Shown one piece after another: positions 48,962 through 62,116 of a stretch of 64,000 nt of DNA. Each line of letters opens with the position of its first letter. The first letter of the stretch is position 1. Origin of the DNA: Mobula birostris (Eukaryota); contig NC_092370.1 of the NCBI RefSeq assembly GCF_030028105.1, positions 125,018,221-125,082,220 on the forward strand, read 5' to 3'. Made by a program: the position numbers and the translations under genes. The notes beneath the pieces were generated by a model, which was not told the DNA's origin, did no database searches, and was given only the letters and a program-made list of their open reading frames with translations.

Positions 48962-50196
48962 CAGTACTGTGCAAATATATTAGGCACATGTAAAAAAAAT
49001 CCTGTAAAGTGAAGATACTTTCAAAACTAATAAAAAGTTTCTAAGTATCAAAAAAATACCATAGAGAACAGTAAGTAGTAAAACACTAAATCAAATCAAT
49101 ATTTGGTGTGACTACTCTTTGGTTTTAAAACTTTGATGATGTTGCGATCAAGGCTTTGGAGGTCATACCATCTGTTGCAGAGCTCCTTGTTCTTCTTTTT
49201 GCTGAAGGTAGATCTTTATGACCTTGGCCATGTGTTTGGCGTCATTGTCCAACTGCAGAATGAAGTTGGGACCAATCAGACCCCTCCCTGATGGTATTGC
49301 ATTATGTATGAGAACCTGCTTCTCAGCTTTGAGGATTCCATTAATTCTGACCAAATCACTAACTCCATTTGCAGAAAGTAGCCCCAAACCTGCAGGGAAC
49401 CTCCACCATGCTTCACTCTTGGCTGAAGATACTCATCTGTGTAGCACTCTCCAGCTTTTCTACAGACAAACTGCAGCCTGTTTGAGCCGAATATTTCAAA
49501 TTTTGACTCGTCAGTCCAAAGCATTTGCTCCCTTTGTTCAGCACGCCAGTCTTCTGTCTTAGTGCATAGGTGAGTCTCTTGGCTTTGTTTCTACTTGACA
49601 GGAATGGCTTTTTGGTGGCAACTCTTCCATGAAGGCCCCTTCTAACTGTACTTCTCTGGACCATAGAGGGGTGTACTTGGGTTCCAGTGGTTTCTTTGCT
49701 TTCAGAGCTGATAGCAGTGCTGGAGTTCTGATTCAGAAAGTATGTCAGTTTGATGTATCTCTCATTTGCTGTACTCAGTTTCCATGGCCAACCACTGCAT
49801 TTCTGTCCTCAACCTTCTTCAGAAAAGCTTGGATAGCATATCTTGAAATTCCTGCCAGCCACAACATTTCTGCTTGGAGAAGACCCTGCTGATGCAGGGT
49901 GACCACCTTGTGTCTTGTTACTATGCACACTCTTGCCATGGTGTAAGAATTGACAATTTGAAGATTAACAGTCACATCTGCCACACCCTCACCTTTCAGT
50001 TTGGTTGTCCTTCACCCAGGTTGATTGCTTCTACGCGCATTTCTGTTTCGGTTAATCAGTTCAGGTCATTCAACTCATTATGCCTTTGATTATTAGCACC
50101 TGTTTCTTATATATGCACTGGGCTATATACCTACAAAGTAATGAATATTTTATTTGAAAAGTTATTTATTTGAAAAAGGACTTTTGCATAGTACTG
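48962..50196 (-). mobile_element. Tc1 DNA transposon (second family), degenerate
   Basis: TIRs CAGTACTGTGCAAA ... TTTGCATAGTACTG. Minus peptides HKVVTLHQQG, WTDESKFEIFG, VKHGGGSLQVWG, LDNDAKH. Confidence 0.92.
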
Positions 50197-50514
50197 TGTG
50201 TGTATGTGTGTGTGTGTGTATATATACTGTATATATATTTTTTTTAATTGAATTCAAAATACACATGGACTAAGATGTGCTATCACCAGTGGGATCATCA
50301 GTTGATCTGCCACCTGTCTTCAGGAGTTTCGGCCCACTTATGATCAAGACTCCCTATATATTACAGTCAACCATTTTATCTCATTTGAAGGGTCAGCACT
50401 TCACACAACATTCCATTAAACTACCAGTCTTTATTTAATTGTGCATAGACCTCACTGTAAAGGTCCTATCCAGCTTGGTGGCTGATTTGACTCCCAGGAT
50501 ATGAGAGCTTTGGG

Positions 50515-50980
50515 AATGGTGCAGTTCACCAGGATGCTGCCTAGATTAGAAGGTATTGTATGTGCTGTCTGGAGAGGTAGACAAACTTAGGTTATTTTCT
50601 CTGGGGCTGAGGGGAGACGTGATAGAAATCTCGTAAGATTATGAGAGCCATAGACAGCAGAGGCAGAACCTTTTTCCAGAATAGGAATGTCAAGTATTAG
50701 AAGACGTGCGTTTAAGATGAGAGAGGGGAAGTTTAAAGGAGATATGTGGGGCATTTTTTTAAACACAGAAAGTGGATGATGCCTGAAATGGGTTGTTATG
50801 TCTAATAGTGATAGGCGGTGCAGTAGTAGTATTTAAGAGGATGTTAGATTGTGAAATAAGTATGCAAGGAGTTGAGGGATAAAAGTCATGTATAGCTAGA
50901 GGAGAATTAGTTTAACTTGTTTTGGTGCGGGCATTGTGCACTGAAAGACCTGTTCCTGCGTTGATCTATTCTATGTGCTT
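50515..50980 (+). mobile_element. CR1 3' fragment
   Basis: GTTCACCAGGATGCTGCC, TTTAAAGGAGAT; tail TTCTATG. Confidence 0.75.
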
Positions 50981-51739
50981 CTTCTTTGTTGCTAAATTTG
51001 CTGTAAACAGGACCAGTTGGACTTGAGATAAACTGGACCATTAACGGGCTACTTTAAAAAAAATACCAATTTCAATTTTCATCAGTATTGCCAAGTTGAT
51101 TATTTGAATTTCTCCTTTGAGTATAAACCCTTCATTGTTAAAGATATTATAAATTTTTTGGCTGAATGTCCATGGGTACTAATGTAAAATTTAAAGTTAT
51201 GTAATTTCATTATGATTCTGTTAAATATTTATATTGATTTGTACGGCTATTAAAAATGTGTCTAATAAGCTGTTTTAGTTTAAAAGAATTTAACAGCATT
51301 CATTTGCTGTACATCAAATAGACCGAATTATTTAACAACTCTACTATACAAATATAATATTCCATCAGATCCTAATCTCTTGAGGTACATTAATGTAAAC
51401 ATAATAAGTAAAATTGATTCCAGCAGTAAAGGGGAAATGTGTTTTTAAATATACTAATTCATCAGTATTATGTAACTCATTATATTGCCAGGCTGAACAG
51501 AGACTTACTCTTGCATGACCCAATTTATTTTAGCCTTGATGAACTATCGAACCTAATGCTTTAGAATATTACTTTTACTTTCACGGCTGGTTTTTCTCCA
51601 TCGAAACATTAGAGTGTAACTTGAGTGATGGAAGTGATGTGTGTTCACACCAGAGATTGTACACAGAATTGCCGTGCTGTGATACAGAGACAATCACTCA
51701 GTGCGATCTGTAACCAGGAAATTGGATCCATTGGATTCA

Positions 51740-52160
51740 GAACATAGAACAGTACAGCACAGTACAGACCCTTAGACCCATGCTGTTGTGTGAACATTTT
51801 AACTTGCTCTAAGATGAATCCAACCGTCTCTCCTACATTACTCTCTATTTTGCATCAATCTTGTGCCTATCTAAGAGTTTCTTCAATGCCCCTGATCTGC
51901 GTATCTACCTCTGCCACCACTCAGGCAGTGTGTTGCAGGCACTCGCCACTCTTTATGTTGAAAAACTTGTCTCTGACATCTCCCCTACATTTTCCTTCAA
52001 TTGCCTTAAAACTATGCCCCCTGGCATTATCTATTTCAGTCCTGGGAAGAAGTCTCTGGCTATCCACTCTATTTGTGCCTCTTAACATTTTGTACACCTT
52101 TACCAAATCACCTTTTATCCTCCTTCACTCCAAAGAGAAAAGCCCTGACTTGCTCAATCT
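51740..52160 (-). mobile_element. CR1 3' fragment
   Basis: Minus peptide VYKMLRGTNRVDSQRLLP...RGHSFK; AGAACATAGAAC tail. Confidence 0.8.
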
Positions 52161-52231
52161 AATGTTTAACGATCCCCGTCAAAGATATATAAATATATGT
52201 GTCTGTGTGTGTGTATGTACACTTACATATA

Positions 52232-54134
52232 CAGTAGCAGCAAAGGTTTGGGCACCCCGGTCAAAATTTCTGTTACTGTGAATAGTTAAGTGAGTAGAAG
52301 ATGAACTGATCCCCAAAAGTCATAAAGTTAAAGATAAAACATTCTTTTCAACATTTTAAGCAAGATTAGTGTTTTATTTTTGTTTTGTACAATTTTACGG
52401 TGAAAAAAGGAAAGGAGCACCATGCAAAGTTTGGACACCCCAAGAGATTTGAGCTCTCAGATAACTTTTACCAAGGTCTCAGACCTTAATTAGCTTGTTC
52501 GGGCTATGGCTTGTTCACAGTCGTTGTTAGGAAAGGCCAGGTGATGCAAATTTCAAAGCTTTATAAATACCTGTTCCTCAAACCTTGTCCCAACAATCAG
52601 CAGCCATGGGCTCCTCTAAGCAACTGACTAGCACTCTGAAAATTAAAATAAATGATGCCCACAAAGCAGGAGAAGGCTATAAGAAGATAGCAAAGCATGT
52701 TCAGGTAGCCGTTTCCTCAGTTCATAATGTAATTAAGAAATGGCAGTTAACAGGAACAGTGGAGGTCAAGTTGAGATCTGGAAGACCAAGAAAATTTTCG
52801 GAGAGAGCTGCTGGTAGGATTGCTAGAAAGGCAAACCAAAACCCCTGTTTGACTGCAAAAGATCTTTTTTTAATATAATTTTTATTGAGTTTTTGAAGTG
52901 ATTACATAGAAAGATAATGACTACCCTCCCCCCTCCCTTTAACCCTACCCCCCTCCCCCGATATATACCCCTAGCTGAAAGAAAAAGAAAAAGAAAGAAG
53001 AGCTGCCTGGATATTGGAAGGTTTCCACATACTCCACGGGATTCAAAATAAATTTAGTATATTTATTTATTACTTTCCCCAAGGGACCAATATCTTTATC
53101 ATCAGAGCAACTAAATATGCCATCCTATCTTTTGTAGACTGCAAAAGATCTTCAGGAGGATTTAGCAGACTCTGGAGTGGTGGTGCACTATTCTACTATA
53201 CAGTAACACCTGCACAAATATGACCATCATGGAAGAGTCATAAGAAGAAATCTTTTACTGCATCCTCACCACAAAATTCAGCTTCAGAAGTTTACAAAGG
53301 AACATCTAAACAAGCCTGGTGCATTTTGGAAACAAGTCCTGTAGACTGATGAAGTTAAAATAGAACTTTTTGGCTGCAATGAGCAAAGGTATGTTTGGAG
53401 GAAAAAGGGTGCACAATTTCATGAAAAGAACCCCTCTCCAACTGTTATGCATGGGGGTGGATCGATCATGCTTTGGGCTTATGTTGCAGCCAGTGGCACG
53501 GGGAACATTTCACTGGTAGAGGGAAGAACGAATTCAATTAAATACCAGCAAATTCTGGAAGCAAACGTTACACCGTCTGTAAAAAAGCTGAAGATGAAAA
53601 GAGGGAGGCTTCTACAACAGGATAATGATCCTAAACACACCTCAAAATCCACAATGGACTACCTCAAGAGGCGCAAACTGAAGGTTTTGCCATGGCCCTT
53701 ACAGTCCCCCGACCTAGACATCATCGAGAATCTGCGGATAAACCTCAAAAGAGCAGTGCATGCAAGACGGCCCAAGAATCTCACGGAACTAGAAGCCTTT
53801 TGCGAGGAAGAATGGGCGAAAATCCCCCAAACAAGAATTGAAAGACTCTTAGCTGGCTACAGAAAGCATTTACAAGCTGTGATACTTGCCAAAGGGGGTG
53901 TTACTAAGTACTGACCATGCAGGGTGCCCAAACTTTTGCTTCGGGCCCTTTTCCTTTTTTGTTATTTTGAAGCTGTAAAAGATGGAAATAAAAAAGTAAT
54001 CTTGCTGAAAATATTAAAGAAATGTGTCATCTTTAACTTTATGCCTTTTGGAAATCAGGTCACCTTTTACTCACTTAGCTATTCACAGTAACAGAAATTT
54101 TGACCAGGGGTGCCCAAACTTTTGTATTGCACTG
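52232..54134 (+). mobile_element. Full-length Tc1 (IR/DR type, DD34E) with disrupted transposase 52606-53914
   Basis: TA-CAGTAGCAGCAAAGG...TTGCACTG-TA with ~200-bp TIRs and inner DRs. MGSSKQL...GEGYKKIAK...RSGRPRK, TDE, DNDPKH-x-IIE spaced 34. Confidence 0.96.
52867..53136 (-). mobile_element. Antisense L1/Tx1-type 3' end inserted in the Tc1 ORF
   Basis: Perfect 16-bp TSD GACTGCAAAAGATCTT at 52851-52866 and 53137-53152; T-rich head with TTTATT. Confidence 0.85.
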
Positions 54135-54174
54135 TATATATGTGCTTATGTGTATCCATATGTGTGTATGTGTG

Positions 54175-55235
54175 GCTACATGTTTTTCTGGAGTGGCAAA
54201 GGAAAGGATGAGGGTAAAGAAGCCAGAGTTGGCTTTGCCATCGGGACCACAATCGTCAGGAATCTGGAAGCCCTCCCCAGAGGCATCAAAGATCGCCTCA
54301 TGGTAAAGAGGCTGTCTCTGGAAGGCAAGACTCATCTGACTCTGATCAATGCCTACACACCCACCATGACCTACACCTCTGAACAGAAGGAACTGTTCTA
54401 CCAGGAACTCAGCCAGCTACTACACTCTGTCTCCGAAGATGACAAGATCCTGCTACTTGGTGACTTTAATGCCCGAGTAGGCAGCGACGATCAGTCTCGG
54501 CGGGAAGTCATTGGCAAGCATGGCCTTGGAAAGGAGAATTCAAATGGGCAGCTACTACTCACCTTCTGCGCACAAAATGGGCTGACAATCACCAACATCC
54601 TCTTTCAGCTTCCAGACATCTACAACCTGGATGCACCCGCACTCCAAGTACTGGCACCTGATTGATACGTGATCACAGGCGCAGGGACATCAGGGATGTG
54701 ATCATCACCAGAGCGATGAGGCGTGCAGACTGCTGGGCTGACCACATCCTGCTAAGAAGCAAGCTGTCATTTCAGATCACCAGCTGAAGGACCTCGATCA
54801 AAGGCACCAGGACCACAAGGAGAGACGACCCGACCCTTCAATGGCTGTAACGTGCCCGACCTGCGGGTGCACTTGTACTTCCCAGTCCGGGCTTCGCTCT
54901 CATCAGAGACATCACTGATGCCATCGTTATTCCCAATAGACTTCCAAGAAGATGGGTGCACGTGTGTGTGCGCGCTAGAAAAGGGATAACAGTATCATGA
55001 AAGATTCCACACACTGTGCTTATGGACTGTTTGTCCCACTACAATCAACGAAGAGGCTACATAGCATCTATGCCAAGACTACTAGTTAACTTTCCCCAAG
55101 CCGTCAAATTGATCAGCATCTCCAGGGAGACGCCACAAAGCGCTATAAAGACCAAGTGAAATTGTCCTTGAAAGCATGCAATATCCCTGAGACTGGTTGG
55201 GAGGCTTTGGCCAAAGACCGCAATGCCTGGCGCAA
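54175..55235 (+). mobile_element. RTE-clade LINE pieces (APE domain 54175-54790, 3' end to ~54952, RT C-terminal piece 55120-55235)
   Basis: FFWSGK...VGFAI, INAYTPT, LLGDFNARVG, WMHP.SKYWHLID, CWADH; KRYKDQVK...DRNAWRK. Confidence 0.85.
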
Positions 55236-55237
55236 AA

Positions 55238-56250
55238 CTGTGTGCAGTTTTAGGCTCCTTATTTTGGAAGGGATATACTGACATTGGAGAGGATTCTGAG
55301 AAGATTCGCGAGAATGATTCCAGGAATGAGAAGGTTACCGTATGAGGAACATCTGGCAGCTCTTGGGCTGTATTCCCTGGAGTTCAAGAGAATGAGGGGG
55401 GATCTCATAGAAACATTCCGAATGTGAAGAGGCCTAAACAGATCAGATATGGCAAAGTTATTTCCTGTGGTAAGGGATTCTAGGACAAGAGGACACAACT
55501 TCAGGATTGAAGGACGTCCTTTTAGAACTGAGATGCAGAGAAATTACTTCAGTCAGAGGGTGGTAAATCTGTGGAATTTGTTGCCACAAGCAGCTGTGGA
55601 GGCCAAGTCATTGGATGTATTTAAGGCAGAGATAGATAGGTTCTTGATTAGTCAGGGCATCAAAGGGTATGGGGTGAAAGCAGAGGAGTGGGATGACAGG
55701 ATGAAGTGGATCAGCCTATGATTGAATAGCGGAACAGACTCGATGGGCCAAATGGGCTACTTCTGCTCCTATGTCTTATGGTCCATCCATTAACCCACCT
55801 ACAACATCCACATCATCTAGCCTTACTTTATGTACATACATATAATCAATCTATGTATATAATCTGCCACAGACTGCAGCAGAGGCCATGTCTATGGATA
55901 TATTTAGAGTGGAAATTGATCATTTCCTGTTTGGTCATGGCACCAAAGGATATGGCGAGAAGACAGGTGCATGGGGTTGAGTGGGATCCGGGATTAGTTA
56001 AGGTGGAATGGTGGAACAGACCCCATGAGATGAATGGCCTTATTCTGCTCCTATGTCTTATGGTCTTACAACAGTTACCTGTATATTATGTTTTGTAGGA
56101 TTGCTTTTATATTTATATTTATAGTTTTTTATTGTGTTCATTATTCATACTGTGTTCTTTTTTATGCTGCATTAGATTCAGAGTAACAATCATTTCGTTG
56201 TCCTTTGCCCTTGGGTACTAAAGAATGGCAATAAACAATCTTGAATCTTG
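55238..56250 (+). mobile_element. CR1 3' ends (55238-55782 and 55868-56068) interleaved with a Rex tail
   Basis: Peptide SRTRGHNFRIEGRPF...YFSQRVVNLWNLLP; two ATGTCTTATGGTC tails; final AATAAACAATCTTGAATCTTGA. Confidence 0.82.
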
Positions 56251-56891
56251 AGTAAGACATGTTCTGTAATCAAGGCAACATCTTGGTAACTCTCCTTTGT
56301 AAAACGTCCTCATCCTTTTTATAATGACACAATCAGAACGCAACACAATATTTTAGAGTGTGGTCTAATCAGTGTTTTACAGAACTGCAATATTACCTTG
56401 CAGCTCTTGACTAATAAAGGTCAGCATAGCATGTACACCTTCTCAACCACTTTTTTTTAATGGTCCAAATCATACATTAAAGCAGCTGTGGCTGAGGTAG
56501 ATGATGAAAATGATCATTCTCAGATGAAATTGTGCACATCAGGAAAGTGGCCAAGGGACCTATGTGTGGAATTCGCCTTATTCTTAATATTTTCCCAAGT
56601 CACTCAAGTACCTAATATTGTGTCGTACTGTTGCTCATCTGTCTTTGTAAATTGAAACTTATGAGCTTCATGCACGCCCATAAAAAGTCAAGGTGTGCTT
56701 TGCACAAAGTTTTGCAGAGAGACCTCACATAAAGGACCAACATTCCAAGATCGATACCTTTCCCCACATCCATTTGCAATGGTTAGGATAATGAGGTCAG
56801 GGTTATCAAACATCATGTGTACCCTTTTCATACAGATCATCTCTGAGCTGCAATAAATAGGTTTCAAAACTTAAATTGTTTTTCTTTATTA

Positions 56892-57723
56892 CACTGAACA
56901 ACAAAAGTTTTGCTTCCTGAATACTTTTGGTTGGGTGATTTCAATTCATAATTCAAGTGAATTAAAATGTTGCTCACAATGTAAGCTGAAAGGTTTTCTA
57001 TCTTGTCAAAGCATGCCTGGGCATGCTTAGGTAGGGCTGATGCTGCATGGCAGGACAGGTTTTAGAAAGGCTATAAATTTTCGTGAAGGATTTTGATATT
57101 TGAGACAGATGTTTCCCAGAATAACTGATGTCAAAATTAAGAAGGCATTTTTGTTGGTCCAAAAATGAAACAGGTCATTAATGACAGGCAATTCAAAGAA
57201 CTTCTAGTGGGACCAGAGAAAAAGGCATTCAAGAATGTTGGTGAAAATTTTCTTGGCAACTACAGAGCACCAAACTATGTGCAGCTGGTTGGCAACATGC
57301 TTTAAGCATACAAAACCAGGAATGCAACATGTCATGAAAGATTCATTTTCTGCATTCCCATTAAGATATATTCCATACAAATCTTGGTGCTGTCAGTGAT
57401 GAGAATGGTGAAAGGTTTCAACAGGACATTGCAGCTGTGGCAAAACCGTACCAGGGCAACTGGAATACATCAATGCTGGCTCAGCTACTGAGTACAAATG
57501 GAAGTTGTTAACAGCATTTTTACCTTAGTTGATGCAAAGCATCATCACCATTATGCAATTAAATGCATTATATTCAATAAAAGTTAACTTCTTGTTTCTC
57601 CAAATTCCTACTTGATACAGGCACTCAAATTACAAACGTATTTTTGTGTTCAGCTTTGAACAGTCTATCATAAACAAGAAAATTCTAAGGAAGCAACACT
57701 TTTGAAAGATTTGTTGTCCTGCG
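56892..57723 (+). mobile_element. Chapaev3 (CMC superfamily) deletion derivative
   Basis: Peptide FPRITDVKIK/IFVGP...NFLGNYRA...CNMSMKIHFLHSH...NLGAVSDENGERFQQDI...YQG. TIRs CACTGAACAACAAA..TTGCTTCCT / AGGAAGCAA..TTTGTTGTCCTGCG. 3-bp TSD TTA on both sides. Confidence 0.88.
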
Positions 57724-58339
57724 TTATTGTTTGCTTGAAGCATGTGAAGGAAAATTTTTAATACACTCTAAAGCTAAGGAAGTGGTTTTTCTTCAATAAT
57801 CCCCAACAGTTAAGAGTAACTGGTACATCTTTGCAATTTAGACACTGGATGTTTAAACTAGTTGTAATTTGAGCCAGTTATATTATTTATTACAAAGCCC
57901 TTTCACTTAATTGTGAAGCAGCGTCTATGTATTCCTATTTTTTTTCTTCCTTCTCTTTAAACCTCCTGTCATTGTGAGCAATTTCTCCCAAATGCTTTAT
58001 TAGTTTATTTAAAGAATCAGAATTGATTTAAAGAAAAATTCAATTAAGTTAATGTCATTTTTCTAATGTCAGCAAACCTGATCACCTTTCCTTATGACTT
58101 AGATTTCTGTCATTGTATATCATTCCTTGTCCCCTTAAAAGTCAAAATATCGTTACAGTTTTGACAGAAGATTGTCATCCTGTAATGTTAACTCTTTTTC
58201 TCCCATGTATCCTTAATGACTGACCATTTCCAGCAAGATCTGTTTAGGTTCCCAACATCCACATCCTGTTGCTGCTGTATCTATTCAGGATCTTGGATAA
58301 GTTTCAACCAGTATCTTACTTGCTATCAAGATCAGTGTT

Positions 58340-58780
58340 AGAACATCGAACAATACAGCACATGAGTGGGCTCTTCAGGCCGCGATATTGTCCTGTAGTA
58401 ATGAAGCAATGGCACCTAAATGCACTAAGGTCTTCAGCGTGCACATGATCGATATCCCTCCATTCCCTGCACACCTCTATCTACCCTGCCTGTTCTTCCA
58501 CCATCATTCCTTGCAGAATATTCTAAGCACCTACTATTCTCTGTGTTTAAAAAAAAACTTGCCCTGAAGCTTCTACCGCGTCTACCCTCAGCCTCCACCG
58601 TTCCGGAAAGAAACAACCCAAGTTTCTTCAACCTCTGCTTATAGCTTGTACCCGCTAATCTGGACAGCATTTTGGTAAATCTCTTCTGCACCCTCTACAT
58701 CCTTCTTATAATGAGACTACCAGAATTGAATGCAATACACCAAATGTAACTTAGCCAGAGTTTTTATACAACATTATTTT
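58340..58780 (-). mobile_element. CR1 3' fragment
   Basis: Minus peptide QKRFTKMLSRLAGTSYKQRLKKLGLF. Confidence 0.8.
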
Positions 58781-60694
58781 GTTGAATGATTACCATTTAC
58801 AATTAGATATTACTTTATTTTTTCCAATGTATATCTCATTTATTTGTATTTAGTATTTAATACCCCATTTCTTCAGAAAATTGACATCCAAATATTAGTT
58901 AATACTAAATATTTATTATTACATTCTTCATACATCTCCAAAGTGATATCCATTGTGGATGGGATGTTAAAGTGTTTGTACTAATTGCTGTGTTTAGATA
59001 GTTGGCATAGTCCTACAAACCAGTGAACATTTTCCAGTGTTGTTCTGATGGTTGGCTCAGAGATTGTGAACCTGTTCTTGAAAAGGACCAGCTGTTGAGT
59101 GGTGGTGTGGAATCTCAAACCTGCATTTAAGGTGAGAGGGTGAAAGATGTGCAGATCAAGTTTTTTTTTCTACGTGTACTGGTAGGTACCTAGAATGCAC
59201 TGCCAAGGATGGTGATAGTAAGTCTTTCCCAAAGTTAAATGCTGGAAGCACTCAACAGCTCAAGCAGAGAAACAGTTAACATTTCAGGTGCAGGGCCCTT
59301 TATCAGAAAGCTAGGAAAACAAGTTAGTTTTCAGTAGGAGAGAAGGTGGAAGGGAAATGAATGGAACAGAGGGAGTACTCTGATGGGGGTAAGATCAAAT
59401 GGGTTAGTGGACTAGGTACTAAAACGTGATACTTCTTTTCCTATGTATTATGTTGTAGTATATCTGTAGGACATATCAGCAGGACATGTATGACAAGAAT
59501 AAGAAAAACTGAGCTAAAATGACGTGAAGCAGAAATTGCTAGTTAGGATACAGACAAAGTAAGAACATGTAACCCCAAGTTTTTATTTTGCTTCCTGGCA
59601 TTATAGGTCACAGTTTTTGTACACCGTAGCTTCTGATTTTTACTTGTGATTGGCAGGGATCAACAAGAGGCTGGTTTCCCTGATTCTCCATATGCATGCT
59701 TTCCCATTGAAAGGTGGCAGTGATGCTGGGAGAAAGTTGCTGTCTTCCGTCAAGCAGATAATAAAAAAAAATCAGTAATGAACAGGGAGCCTGACTAATG
59801 CTGCACTTGAGCTAGATACAACAAAAATCTTTGTGATGGACAATTACCTGCTTACAGTGTGCTTCAGTTCCCGCTGAAGGGTGAGTGGCTTTGGATTGGG
59901 TTGAAATATTCCTGTTGCATAGCAGCTTGGCAAAAGGACTGCTGCAAGTTGAGAAAGTAAAGTAACACAAGTGACAGTATTCTGAAATTAGCCACCCGGC
60001 TGGCTTCTTTCTAATACTCCTGACCCCGTAAATAACCATGCATTGTCTAATTGTCTCTGTTTCAACAACTTGCTCTCATAAGCAATCAGCTAATATCAGG
60101 TCAAAATTCATTCAGTCTTTGGTGTGCAGTTCATAGTTAATTATGTCCCTAAACATTATCCCTTAATGTTTTCTGTAACTGTGCCTAGTATTCAATGGTA
60201 GTTCCATCTTATTTTTGTAAAAACAAAATGAGCACTGGTTTGTGTCGATTTAACAATTTGATGAAATCCTTTGTAAAATTGTCTCCCAACAAACGGAAGA
60301 CAAAATTGACGTGGGTTCAAAAGGCATGATGAAAATAATGCATTAAAATGCTTATGTATGTAAACATGCTGATTTACTACATCAGAAGCAAAACAAATTT
60401 ATCTGTTGTATTTCATTTCCTTATGGATTAAGGCAGCTTTTTGTCCATTATAATGAAATGCATTATAAAACTGCAGGTCATTAATAGGAAATTCTGCTGG
60501 CAGTTTTACATTTCTTCCAGATTCTAAATTAACTCATAGAATGTGAATGTTAGGTCTAAATTTTCTGGGTTTGGAGGCTTAAGGTAGTACCTCACAGCTG
60601 GAGGGCTTGAATTTCTCTGTTTACCTTGGTGTGATCTCTTGGACAATAGGAGCTGGTTGTGAAACACATCATAAATGTCAAAAATGCTAGGTGT

Positions 60695-61110
60695 AGAGTT
60701 GGAAACAGGCCATTCAGCCCAACCCATCCATACTATTCATTGTGTCCTGCTGAGTTAGTCCCATTTGTAAGTATTTGGCTCCTATCCCTCTGAACCTTTC
60801 CTATCCAAATGTCTTCTAAATGTTGATATTGTACCTGCCTCAACCACTTCCTCTGGCAGCTCATTGCATATATACACACACCACCCTTGGCATGCAGAAG
60901 TTGTCCTTTTTCAGTATTTCTGCTTTCACCTTTATCAGATGCCTCAAGTTTTGGTTCCCTTTCCCTGTGAAGAAGATTGTGTGCATTCACCCTATCTCTG
61001 CTCTTCATGATTTTATACACCTCTGTATCAGATCACCTCCTACGCTCCTATCCTGCCCAAACTTTACCTGTAACTAAGGTGCTCGAGTCTTGGCAACGTT
61101 CTTGTAAGTC
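60695..61110 (-). mobile_element. CR1 3' fragment
   Basis: Minus peptide YKIMKSRDRVNAHNL; reverse of GAGCTGCCAGAGGAAGTGGTTGAGGCAGG. Confidence 0.75.
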
Positions 61111-61179
61111 TCAGTCATCAGCCGGCATCCATGGGGAGAGAAACAGAGTCAAGGGTTCTTCAAAACAGCTTTTAAAATG

Positions 61180-61475
61180 GCTGTAGAGTGGCGCAGTTGG
61201 TAGAGTGGCTGCCTCACAACTCCAGAGACCCAGGTTCACTCCTGACCTTACATTCCGTGTGACTATCTTGTTTTTCTACAGGGTGTCCCGTTTCATCTCA
61301 TATCCTAAACATATGCAGGTTGGTAGGTCAATTGGCCGCTGTTGTGGGTGGGTTGTAGAATTTGTGTGCAATAGTTGAGAATCTTACGAGAACGAAGTGG
61401 GATTAGTGTAGGTTTATTATAAATGGGGCTTGGTGGACACAATAGACAGAAAAGCCCTGTTTGGTGATGTATCCT
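61180..61475 (+). mobile_element. V-SINE
   Basis: A box TGGCGCAGTTGGT, B box GGTTCACTCC, decayed V domain, GGTTGGTAGGTCAATTGGC. Confidence 0.78.
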
Positions 61476-62116
61476 TTACTTGAAATATTTGTGTCTCTAC
61501 CTACCAATGTTGCTTGACCTGCTGAGTAGATCCTGCATTTCCTGTTTCCATTTTAGACATCCAGCAGCTGTACTTTTTGGCTGCAATAACTGAAACAAGC
61601 CACCCCACGTAACTGGGAGCTCCCAGCCAACATTTGATATGCTGTCATGTGCCACCGCCTCAAAATTTGAGGTTACATGAACCTGTGCGCTCTGTTCTCG
61701 AATTTGCATCCCATACTTTGTCAGTTGCTCCTCGGCTTCCCAACATTCAACTTTTAAGTTCCCAAGCTTGTTTTCAGATCCCAGTAGTCTAAACCCAAAA
61801 TGGGAACATCCTCAGCAATTGGTGCCTGTCGTCTTGGCTGGGATTATCTATGACTCAGAGCTAATACTAGGTGACAAGGGTTGCCTTGGCAAAGCACTTA
61901 ATTCACAAAGTGCTTTATTCCACTCATCTATCAAATGCAAAGTTTTTTTTAAGTAATTCTACATTATTTTTGGCTCTCAGACACTTGCACAAGGTTATTG
62001 TACCATTAAATGCATCTGGGCTCAAATTCTGTTGCAATCCTGAAAGACTGTGAGTTGAAAATTAAAGCCAAGGCCTTGTTGTTAAACCCTGAAGGAGTGT
62101 TGCAGATTAATCCCTC

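Noticed and set aside
54024-54665. 213-aa host endonuclease gene (CFDP2-like)
   Set aside because: The ORF is a chance read-through from Tc1 TIR and microsatellite into an RTE APE fragment that then frameshifts.
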